This document shows positions 1 through 12,100 of a stretch of 64,000 nt of DNA, piece by piece. The position numbers and the translations under genes were made by a program. The first letter of the stretch is position 1. Each line of letters begins with the position of its first letter. This DNA is from Lytechinus pictus (lineage: Eukaryota): the NCBI RefSeq assembly GCF_037042905.1, contig NC_087257.1, positions 25,234,001 to 25,298,000 on the forward strand, in the 5' to 3' direction. A model generated the notes under the pieces. It did no database searches, was not told the DNA's origin, and saw only the letters and a program-made list of their open reading frames with translations.

Positions 1-16
1 TTTAATGCGACTTTAC

Positions 17-1975
17 CAGATTTGATCCAGCGAACACATTTAACAGGGTCTGTGTGATACTGAAGTGTCGCTATGTTGTCACCGTTTCTTCCCCACAGTC
101 TGACACCATTGTCATAGCAACCAGTGAGAATTCTGGAGAAAGAAGAAACAAGAAATCAAACAATTAAAATGAATATATGATTAAATCATTCATTTGAGAA
201 TAATAAATCATTCAAGGTAGCCTTTTCCCACCCTAGTCTAGTTCGTAAATCAAAATGTGGGTAAACTTTTAAAAAATTTTCTTACAAGCATACGAGAAAG
301 GCTCTGTTTGTCTTCAAAAATAGAAAGTCAACTCTGTGCACCACAATCCCTCCTCCCCCCTCACATTTGTAGTTGAATTTAATCACACTTTTTTGTAAAA
401 CAACTCCTTGAATAAGTTGTATCGCCTCCCCATCTCACCTTTCTCCAACCATGTGAATACAGCTCACCCAGTCATCATGAAGTATACTTCCCACTGGCTC
501 AGGGGCCGTCTGTTTCACCACATACTCAATATCGACAACGGTCTCTGTCGATATCTGCTTGACTTCCAGATGAGCGGCAAGGGTGACTCGAAGAAACTCG
601 CCATCAATGAGGAAATCAAATTCGACATTTTCAATGTCTTCCTCTGCTTTATCTAAAAGACATAAAAATTCATAAATTTTATTATTAAATTAAAAAGAAA
701 AGAACAGAAAATAATTATGGCAAGAAAGCTTAAATCTTAGAGGATTGGTCTTGCAATTTGAGAACTGAGGTAATGTTGATGCATTAGTGCCATTTTGTTA
801 CATATCAATCCGGTCTCCAATTAATGAATTAATCAATTAATGAAATTAAGTACTCTTGAATTTTCAGTACAATTAATCAAAAATTCCATTTGATCTTCCA
901 TTAAAAGATCTAATCACAAAAAATTCAGAAGTCTAGTATATTCATTTCAAAATACTTTTTACCTTCATTGAGAAGTTTATTGATGAGCGAACTTAATTCA
1001 GCCACACCAACACTGGCTGGAACTGAGAAAGGTGTGTTGCTGACAATAAATCTGTAAGACAGATGAAAATAAAAATTTATTTCTTTTTGATAATCATGAT
1101 AATGATGCAATTTTCAAATGCTTGCCTTGAAGTGCTAAAGCCTCAACTCAAGGTCTACTCTTATTCATAAAGTCTAACGTTGGGAGCACGTAGCTAAGTT
1201 TTACCCTCCTCTAGTCTTGGTAAATTTTCTTTTCTTCTTTAAATATTTTGTTCACCTTCCTTGTTTTCAAAATTCTCCTATCATTCTTCTTTTATGATTT
1301 TTACGATTCGTCCTGGCTCAGGTCTTCGCCTGAACATGCACTGCAGAGATGTTTCCACTGAATTGAGGGAGCGCAGAGAATTGTGGGTAAATAATGTTTG
1401 ACTTTATTTTCACCAACCGTTACAAATCAAATCTCGGTTGCAAGTCGGTGCCTGAGTGCCGAGAATATCGTACCGCGTCATGACAATTGACATACCAATC
1501 ACTTTGTCTTTTTTTATATTTCATTTCCACTTTTTAATATTTTTATGGACCTGGCTGCAGCTGGGCCATGTATCTATTAGTATTAGTATTCTTTTTTAAT
1601 TCTTGTTGGCAAAACGAACAACAACAACAACAATTGTCTGTAAAAGATTACATTTTTCGAATTCTACCATGGATATGAGTGATAATAGATAGACTAGTAA
1701 TAGGGTAAAATGTACTAAACTGCAAACGCTGTAGAAAAATCCAACACAAATTTCTACGCATGGGACCAAAGCAAATGAAAAAAATGCGAGTGGGCCTAGC
1801 CTAGCATCAAACAGAGTAAGACTAAGAGAAGTGTTCTTACAAAATTATATGATTAATTAAAACCTAGATCTTAATACTGCACTTGTAAACGTTACCTCTT
1901 CTGTTTTGTGAAAAATCGAGCTTGTAAATGCGATCCGACAGCAACGTTCGTGCTCATGGACGTGGAGGCTGCCAT
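17..1975 (-). CDS. WDR12: Ribosome biogenesis protein WDR12 (Ytm1), 5' part; exons 1975-1896, 1051-963, 652-439, 132-17; continues beyond the left edge
   Basis: GT-AG introns with consistent phases give MAASTSMSTNVAVGSHLQARFFTKQKR-FIVSNTPFSVPASVGVAELSSLINKLLNE-DKAEEDIENVEFDFLIDGEFLRVTLAAHLEVKQISTETVVDIEYVVKQTAPEPVGSILHDDWVSCIH...-ILTGCYDNGVRLWGRNGDNIATLQYHTDPVKCVRWIKS. This matches the WDR12 NLE/UBL domain (LQTRF, PFSIP, FDFLI, EYV, HDDWIS) and the first WD40 repeats. Confidence 0.93.
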
Positions 1976-1998
1976 TTTGAGAACAGGGAACCCACGTG
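1971..1998 (-). promoter_or_regulatory. Candidate WDR12 proximal elements: CACGTG E-box and a YY1-like CAAAATGGC over the start codon
   Basis: CACGTG at 1993-1998, just upstream of the ATG (1975); gccattttg at 1971-1979; locally GC/CpG-rich. Confidence 0.35.
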
Positions 1999-4167
1999 TG
2001 TGATATTTTGCTTTAGCCCCCGCTTTTGCCATCGAACAAAATTGACGAAGAAGGGCGGGCGGCGGGGCATGGAGTGTTACGATGGGAATGAGTTTTCGAA
2101 ATGTGGGAGGGAAGAGACAATGGGGGTGATGGCGATGCATGATCTACCATATTCATGTGAGGCAGGGGGCAATCACCATGCACCCCCCACAATTTTCCAA
2201 TGGGGCTAATCATGGACCTATAAATAATGGAGATACATGCACACCAGAATTAGAGTTAACCCTCCTTTTTTTTTAGGTTTGTTTTTTACCTCCACTTTTT
2301 CAATTCAGATTCATAAAAGAAATTACATATAGCAGGCATATAATACTAAATCATTCTGGAGAAGGTATATTTCAAGACACACATATTCCTTTTGATCTCC
2401 ATACACGTTTTTTTTTCTTAAAAGTTGTGATTTTTAAGACCGATTGAGTCAGGGAACAACTTTTCACCTGTGAAAAGTTGTTTCTGACTCAATTGGTAGG
2501 GCCTACAGTAGGCCCTATATGAAATATCTGTCATAGGCTCTTTCTGTACATGGGTTCATATATAGCAGGCAATGCGGAGCACACAGATTTATGGCCTAAA
2601 TCGGGTATCCTTGCAATACAACTAAGGCTTAGCACCACTTTAGAAGTTTGATTGTCTAGACTCCAATTCAACTCCATCACTATCTCTCTCTCTCTCTCTG
2701 CCCCCCCCCCCCCCCCGGGCTAAACACCACCTTATGAGAGTTTGTCTGTCTAGACTCCAATTCAACTCCATCATATTCTCTCACTCGATCTCCCCCCCCC
2801 CCCCCCTCTCTCCCTCTCTCTCTCTCACTCTCTGCCTCTGTCCATTCCTCCCATTCTCACTTTTGCTTCAGCACACCAGGAGAGTGATAACCGAGGAATG
2901 TACCCCTTACACCACTGGTGAATCAATTTTTCTATTAAAAAAAAATAGACATAGAGGCAAGACTATCAAAAATAAATATGCTCCACATAAATAAGGAAAT
3001 ATGGAAAATTTCCAACTCAGTAAAAAAATTCTTTAAACCAATTAAAAAAGAAACGATAATCATTGGATTATAAAACATCTATATATTTCCATCTTGAGAT
3101 CAGAGCTTTGAGCATCAAATTCCAAATTCATTCAATAGAAAATAAAGTGTTCATGCTTTCATAAAGAGAAAAGTTAATACAGGTAACGTTGTCTATGTCC
3201 ACTAAGGTCAAATTTCACATAGACAAGATACTTGAACAGTAATAATAAAGAAATTATCAGTATCAGTACTGATCATGTCTTTACTATTACTTTCTTAGAT
3301 TCTTTATTGATTATATCATATGATAACTTGCTGCATTTTCTGGTTAAAAAAATACAGTATCACTGAGTGTAATTTTGACCATTGTCTTCGAAACCAAAAA
3401 GGCACCATTCAGCCAAAGATGGTTCTCCATAACGAGTCAAAATTGAAAAATGCTCCAAAAATCAAAATTTTCACCAATCATCTCAGCTAAAGGAGTTACT
3501 CTTCCTCTATGTTCTCACAAAACATGAAGTCATGAAATTCAAGCGAGTTTTATCAGACCATATATTTCAGACTGCTGAAAGATTTAATAATCTCAACATA
3601 GTAAGCATGTCTCACGCTTGAATGAACATGAAACTGAATACCTTGTTTTCTCCTTATTCTAAGGATAGCTTACTAAAATTATTTTCCACGGAATAGAGTA
3701 GTTTTCTAGGATATATCTTATCAATTTCAACAGGTTATACATCAATTTAAAGCGTATGGTCTTTTTTTTTTTGAGCCAACCAATATAAGTATTTAAGGTT
3801 TTTGTTGAATGGTCACAATTCTCAATATATGGTCTCAAGCTCTATTATACAAATGATGCACAGATGTGAGTGCATTTTATGAGGATAAGGTTACTATGGG
3901 AACTGTTAATGTGCCTCGTGGGATTAAGACTAATTTCCATAGTTACTATATGCTCAATAGTCCTACCGATGCACAAACAAACCTGTGTATTATTTGTTTT
4001 ACAGAATGGTGGGATTTTGGGGGCTAATATTTTTTTTTACAACCATGCATAAGTAATTTCTGATGCATGGTTAGCCATGCATAAGTAATTACCGGACGCA
4101 AGGCAACTTTACTGGATGCATGGCTGGCCATGCATCGGTAATTATGCATGATACCCATTCTACATGT

Positions 4168-4930
4168 ATAGTATACAAATATTCAATGTTGATGAGTGCG
4201 ATCGTTCCGAATATTGCATGAGTGTGCAAGTTGAAACAGTAACACTTCCCTGATTCAACGACGCGAAGCGGAGTTGAATAGACTGTTTCAACTTGCAACG
4301 AATGTAATATTCGGAACGTCGCACGAATACAACATTGAATATTTGTTTTATACAACACCGATAGCTACTTTAGACTAGATCTATAGGTCTAGTCTATGAC
4401 TAACGCGTGTTAGGTCTTATTTTGCTTACAATGTTGTCTTTTGAGCGTCAGTAGATTTACTCCAGTAATCCCAGGAGAGTCAAGTATTTTCAACATAGAT
4501 CTGCAAAGTCATAGCGATCCATGAAGTCCAATTTGTGAACGAATTCCATAAAACCCAGAAGGAAATCCAGAAGGTACGCAGCCGTACCCTGGGAATAATT
4601 TGCTTAGCAACGTACGTACGCGCATTGTGTTCAGCTTAACAACGTGTATGCGCAGTGCTACGTCGGTCAGAGATACGAAAACGTGATTACGTATGCGCGT
4701 ATTCACTTAACGTGTACGGGGCATGACCATGGGTTCAGTGTGCCCAGGGTTCTTGCAGTGCTGGCTCATTTACTTCAGCGTGCTATAGTCGACTATAGCA
4801 CGAGCGTGCAATAGTCGACTATAGCACGGCTAGCATATCGTAGCTTGCTATAGCTGATTCCTCTGAATGTCACGTGACACGCTTTCATCCAATCAGCTGT
4901 CAAGGATCTATCCATGTGTTGTATAAATTA
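4168..4930. mobile_element. Crypton-like non-autonomous element
   Basis: A long imperfect hairpin at about 4175-4346 surrounds gacgcgaagcggag. TTATACAACAC (4348-4358) is inverted at the far end as GTGTTGTATAA (4916-4926), preceded by ccaatcag. The palindrome tagtcgactatagcacg is duplicated internally. The family call is from the recalled layout. Confidence 0.5.
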
Positions 4931-6139
4931 CAATGTTACACCCTTCTGGTTATTTTCCTGTAAAAGTTATGTAACTTTACTGAAAGTAAAACACTTTCAC
5001 CAACTTTATGAAAGTTACAAAATATCAACAATTTTTAACACCAGTTTCTTTGGGACACAATATGCGAGTATGTTACATTGTACTAGCAAAAAGTTTTATT
5101 AAAACATAAGAAAGGCTTTGCGCTAATACAATATAAATGATAAAACCATTTAAAACAATTTTACATTGCATGCTCAACTTGGTTGTTTCTAAAGATTGAA
5201 ATTATCGACAAGTGGTCATACATTGACTGTTATCATAGCTAGAATGTTACTCAGTTAATCAAAACAATATCACTGCATTTGTCAGACAAAACTGACTGAA
5301 AGTTACCAATGACTTCAATGAATTTGTTATTGAATTACTTCTTATTATTGACCAAGACCCTTGTCTTTACTTGCACTTAATCCCATCAAACCCAAACATG
5401 CAAAGCAATCAATATCATAATCCTTCATCAAAGATGCACTGTCTGCTTGCAAACAAAGAGCAGCAAACAAATTGGTCAAGCACTGATTCATGTTTTAGTC
5501 TACATCAAATTTAGAGAAGAGAGGCTATGCCGCTATGATCCTTTCAAATCTTATTAGTTCCAATGGCGGTCTCATGAATTTCTCATTGTATCATTTTTAT
5601 AAAAAAATACTGAATATTTTACACAATTGTAGATACATATATACTTTCAACTGTTTGTTCAGTCTATTTCATATAATACACATGTGAAGGGTATATTTGC
5701 CGATTTTGTTAGGAAACTTAATAAAACAAAATCAAATCAAAATTTACAAAAGGATGTATTAATTTTAGGTGATGTTGTTGCTGGCTTTCAATAGTTGAAA
5801 TTTATTGGATCAATCATAACTTTGTAAGATGGGGCCATGGGCCCTTTGTAGAAAGAGCTGCTATCAAATATAACTAAAAAAATCAAATGCAACTTGATTT
5901 TCGACCAATGAAACATGAGTATTAGGGACTTACACTTATTGCGTACAAACAGAATTCTTTCTGCAACATACTCTAGGTCTCTGTATACCACTCTTATCTT
6001 ATATCATCGAAGAGAATGATCATCCACTTTCAACAAGAATTGTCTATCCAGCATCTTTCACCTTTCACCCTATTTGACCTTTGACCTCTAGGGACATTCA
6101 TTCCTCAAGTTTAGTGATATTCTCCTTGCACAGATTATG

Positions 6140-9100
6140 TCATACAGGAGTGCCTTCGTTCTTCCCTGCTTTCAAAGAACTTCCATCTTTCAATTCTGCC
6201 ATTGCCATCATGTCAACGACATACTGAATACCCTCAAGGTTGTCCTGATACTGCTTGTCTGATGCAGCAATAACTTTAATCTCTTCCAGGGCCTTTGAGT
6301 CCTTGAGCTCATTGATGGCTCCATCGACGAGAACATTCAGCAGCCAGTCCGGGTTTTTCTTGGGCTCATTAGTGAGAGGTGGATATGGATTTCCTGCGTA
6401 CTCCAAGAAAGCTATCTTGCGGCCCTTGTCTTCATGAAAGCCCGGTATGCGAAGGAGGCGAGTGAAATTTGTGGATGTATCCTCAAAGCGGGGCCCTAGT
6501 ACTTTGAAAAGCTTGTGGATTTGCTTCTTATCCTGTTTGACATAAAGTGGAAAGAGATGCCTTAAGTTTGAAGATAAAAAGTTTTTCTCTTTTTCTTAAG
6601 ACAAGATCTAATAACTGTATTTTACAAATAAAGACATATGCATTCAGATTTTTCAGTTGTGTTATCTGTAGACTTCTATAATAATACAAAGAAAAATATC
6701 ACTTTCTGTTTTTTTTCTGACAGCAAAATATGAAGTAAATAAAAAGGCAATAAAATTGCTGAAATACATTCCAATGTTTTTCCCCATCTTTGAGCCAGAC
6801 TGCACAATAGATTAGGGTGGATCCAGGATTTTACAAATGAGAAAGTTAGACAGTTTGAATTCTTGAAAATTTCCTAGCAAGAAAAAAGGAGAGGTTCTCT
6901 GTTCAAAAGGGGCGCCAGTTGATGAACAAATCTGATAAGCAAAAAAAAGGGGGGTTTAACTTTAAAAGGGGAGGCACAATACCATTTTGGGGTGGGGGGA
7001 AGGGGTGCGCGTAACTTCTCTAGCCTGGGATTCTACACTCTACAGTATTCAAAGGATATACATGTAAGAACTGACCTTCAACCAGAAATCTGCTATCTTC
7101 ATTGCCTCAGGATCTGTATCACCTCTCTTTGCAATGTGGATTAGCTGAGAAAAGAATTAACGTGAATTAAAAACTTATGTTAATCCATTCATATCCTTCA
7201 ATTTTTAATCAAGAATAGTTGTGACAACCCATTTATCATTTCTCCTTCAATAGGAAGATAAGGTTCAAAGAGACCTAACTAGCAAACAAGAATATCTCAT
7301 AAGTCATAAGTTAACCATACAAATCAGAATAAGAAAGATAAATCAATCATGAAGATCAGACACAAGTCTAACGTTATTCATTTCAAAAAATCGTCACCAC
7401 CAAAAAAAAAAACTGGTTACACTTCGTAATTCCGAAGGTTCTTTATTCCGAAGGTTCGTAATTCCCAAACACGTAAATTGCCTATACCTCGATGTTCGTT
7501 AATCCGAAAACGTAAAAGGGTTTGTTAATCCGAACATTTGTGGCGTTATTCCGAAGGTTAGATAATCCGAAAACAAAATAAGGTTCGATGTTCCGAAGGT
7601 TCGTTAATCCGAAAAAGAAAATAAGGTTCGTTAATCCGACTACGAAATAAGGTTCGTTAGTCCGAAAACGAAATAAGATTCGTTAATCATTTCGTTTTCG
7701 GACTAACGAACTTTCAGAATTACGAACCTCATTTCGTTTTCGGATTAACGAACCTTCAGAATTAGGAACCTCATTTCGTTTTCGGATTAACGAACCTTCG
7801 GAATTACGAACCTTCGAAATTACGAACCTTCGGAATTACGAATGTATGCGAAAAAAAAACTGCCTAAGTAAACTAAAGTAAAGCGATTCTTTTTTGAAAA
7901 AAAAAATTGGCAAGTTGAAGTGCTACTTATTATATTGTAGTATTTTCCAAATTTCATCCTACTTCATTTCTCAACTTTGCCTTCTATTACTCATCATCTT
8001 TGAGAGGACATTACCCTTGGATACCAGTTACTTCCACTCCCTGACAATAAACATGTCAACAAGTGGTCAAGAATGCCTCTCAGCACAGCACACTCACCTG
8101 TGACTCACTATAAATTCTCTGAATTGGTACCTCTCTCTCCCCTCTCTCTTTGTTTACATCCTACATCACATTTGGGATGAAAACTACTACTTTCTTTTCT
8201 GAACACACTTCTCAAAGTTTTCTTCTTCAGTAAACACGTGTCTTGAGAACGTCGTCAAATAACTTAATACATTTGTGGATTCCATCATCTCACTTGGAGC
8301 AAATTCATCCATTGCATCTTCCACAGCATACCATTTCAAATTTGTGTACTACCCTTTTTTCTCCGTTATTTTCACTAAGAGAAAATCCAAATACCGCTTG
8401 TGCTAGCCAAGTTATTTTTTGTGATATAATCTTGTGTGATTTTGTGTCAGTGGGATTGTGCAATAATTGGAACACTTTGTTATATTGGAGGATTGTCTGT
8501 CGGATCTCTACACGCATAAAGTCGGTAAGTGGAGATTGGCTTATTACCATTTCATCTTATAAACCAACCCCCGCTTCACTGGTGACCCCGACGTGATTTA
8601 AACCCGACCAACGTGCTGAGAACAGTCATCCTTTTTCAAATTGTTTTAATTGTTGTCTCCCTTTCTTCATTCATTTATACTTATCATCATGTCGACTGAC
8701 GATCAATTTTCTTCCGACTCGACAGCTAGCTCTTCTATTTCCAATGTTCAACTTAAGCTTCCTCCCTTCTGGCCAAATGATCCTACCATTTGGTTCGTCC
8801 AAGTTGAAGCTCAATTTCTAACAAAGGGCATCAGCAAACAATCAACAAAATTTGCATATATCGTTGCATCACTTGAACCCGAATATGCTCAGGAAATCAG
8901 AGATCTCCTCATTTCTCCCCCAAAGGAGAACCCATATGATGTTTTGAAATATCAGCTCATCCAACGAACATCAGCATCCGAACAAAAACGGCTCCACCAA
9001 CTACTGATTTTGGAGGAGCTGGGAGATCGAAAACCCTCTCAGCTGCTCCGAAAAATGAAACAGTTGTTGGGAACCAACACTCTTGAGGAGAACATTCTGA

Positions 9101-12100
9101 AACAACTATTCCTGCAGAGGCTGCCAACCAATATTCAAGTTATATTGGCTTCAACCCGAGATTCCATGGAAATCGAGAAGCTTGCCGACTTAGCCGACAA
9201 GATTCTCGAAACCCATTCCCCAATTCATCACTCTCGGGTAGCACATCTGTCTCCCTCTTCTTCTTCCACCACACCCTCTTCAAATCCTGAAATGGCAGAG
9301 ATGAAAGCTCAGATCGATCAGCTTTCCCTTCTTGTCCAAAATGTGTCGGCGCAACAATCCGATCGGAGCCGAGGTCGCAGCCGTGAGCGAGGCTCTCGCC
9401 AGAAAGAAAGCCGTCAGCGTAGCAAGAGTCCTCAATCACATGTCGGAGGAGACTGCTACTACCATTGGCGTTTTGGAAAGGGGGCAAAGAAGTGCACTCC
9501 CCCTTGCACTTTCAACCAGACCAACCAGGGAAACGACAAAGCCAGCGACTAGCGGCGACAAGTCCAACTGGCAGCAAACAACAAAGTCGCCTTTTCTACA
9601 TCACTGATAGGAAAACTGGAATTCGTTTTTTGGTCGACACAGGAGCTGAAGTTAGCGTTCTTCCTCCATCAAAAGCCGAAAAACATCATCCTTCATCAAA
9701 ATTCTATCTACAAGCAGTTAATCGCTCAAGCATTACGACTTATGGAGAGCGAAGCCTGACTCTCGACGTCGGCCTGCGTCGAGCTTGCAGATGGATTTTC
9801 ATCATTGCTGATATTCCTATTCCTATCATCGGGGCAGACTTCCTTCATCACTTTGGTTTTCTTGTTGATGTGCGCAATCTCAAGCTCATCGACTCTTCTA
9901 CAAATCTATCTATTACTGGCATCCTTTCTTCATCTCCTTCTATCAGTCCTATGTTTCTAAAGCCAGAAAATCAAGCTGCCTACAAATCTATTCTCGACAA
10001 ATTTCCTGACATTACACGCCCTGTGTATAAGGAGGCTGAGATCAAGCACTCCGTCACCCATCACATTGTGACGAAAGGCCCTCCTGTTTCATCCCGTCCT
10101 CGTCGCCTAGCAACTGACAGGTACAGTATCGCGAAGGCGGAATTCGATCACATGCTGGAACTAGGCATCATTCAACCGTCTAGCAGCAACTGGGCATCCC
10201 CACTTCATATGGTGCCCAAGAAAACACCCGGAGACTGGAGACCGTGTGGAGACTATCGTGCACTAAATAGGAATACAGTGCCCGACAAATATCCCATTCC
10301 CCATCTTCAAGACTTTACATCTGCCCTAGCAGGCAAGCGATTTTTTTCAAAACTCGATCTCGTACGAGCATATCATCAGATTCCTGTCGATCAAGCAGAT
10401 GTACACAAAACTGCCATCACCACACCCTTTGGGTTATTTGAGTTTGTACGCATGCCTTTTGGGCTACGCAATGCCGCACAAACTTTTCAACGATTCATTG
10501 ATGAAGTAACCCGTGGTCTTCCATTTGTGTACGCCTACATCGACGATCTGCTCATCGCTAGCGAAAATGAAGAGGAGCACAAGCAACATCTCCAGCTACT
10601 TTTCGCTCGACTCTCGAAATATGGCGTCGTCATCAACCCAGCCAAGTGTGAATTCGGCGCATCTTCTCTCACCTTTCTCGGACACATTGTTGATGAGAAC
10701 GGCATCCGCCCTCTTCCCGAGAAAGTCAAAGTCATCAACAATTTCCCTGTTCCTGATTCTCTTCGTAAACTCAGAGAATTTCTAGGACTAGTCAATTTCT
10801 ACCGTCGCTTCATTCCTGATTGTGCAACTATCACTCAACCACTCACCGATCTATTGGCATGCAAGCAGAAAAACAAAGCAATCCATCTCGATGATACAGC
10901 CCTAAATGCATTCAACTCAGTGAAAACAGCTCTCGCTCAAGCTACTCTCCTTTCACACCCAAAACCTAAAGCCCCACTCTGCATTATGGTGGATGCATCA
11001 GATGTTGCTGTTGGAGGTGTGTTGCAGCAACACATTGACGATGACTGGCAACCCATCGCCTTCTTCTCAAAACGCCTGCAGCCAGCTGAGACAAGATATA
11101 GCACATTCGGACGTGAACTTCTCTCTGTGTATCTCACTATTCGTCACTTCAGACACGCACTCGAAGGACGACAATTCTTCATCTATACTGATCACAAACC
11201 TCTCACTCATGCCTTTAATGCTAGACCTGACAGGTATTCACCACGTGAAGTCAGACACCTAGACTACATATCTCAATTCAGCACAGATATAAGGCATATT
11301 AGTGGAAAACACAATGTAGTGGCAGACACTCTATCTCGCATGGAAATCAACTCCCTCACTTCAACTCCTACCATTGATTTCAATGCCATTGCCGCTGCCC
11401 AGGAGGATGACGAGGAACTCAAACAACTCACTTCAACCTCGCTCAAACTCGAACCTCTACCTCTTCCTATCTCTGACTCTACTATCCTATGCGATACTTC
11501 AACTACAAATCCTCGACCTTACATCCCATCTAAATTCAGACGAGTTGTATTTGATGCTCTTCACAACCTATCTCACCCTGGCATCAATGCTACCCAAAAA
11601 CTCATCACAGACAGATTTGTTTGGCCTGGAATTAACAAAGATGTTCGAAATTGGACCAAAACTTGCATACAGTGTCAACGTTGTAAAGTACACCGTCACA
11701 CCAAGACACCGATAGGTACTTTTTCAACACCTGATGCTAGATTCGATCACATTCATATCGATCTCGTGGGACCACTTCCTCCTTCAAATGGCAATGCATA
11801 TCTTCTCACATGTGTTGACCGTTTCACCCGATGGCCTGAGGCAATGCCTATTCCCGACATATCAGCTGAGACAGTTGCCCGAGCATTCATTTCACACTGG
11901 GTATCTCGTTTCGGTGCTCCCTCAACCATCACTACCGATAGAGGTCGACAATTCGAATCTTCACTCTTTCAAGCTCTAACTCATCTTCTTGGTAGCTCTA
12001 GAATTCGAACTACATCTTATCATCCTGCATCAAATGGACTGGTTGAGCGCTTTCATCGGCAACTTAAAGCGTCACTCAAAACTACACCTTCTTCACGATG

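Noticed and set aside
7418-7846. CRISPR-like array
   Set aside because: Eukaryotic context, no unique spacers, and the repeats switch orientation midway, as in a MITE.
8243-8596. ORFs inside the LTRs (and copies at 13132-13482) as an env or accessory gene
   Set aside because: Short, with no recognisable domain; they appear twice only because the LTR does.
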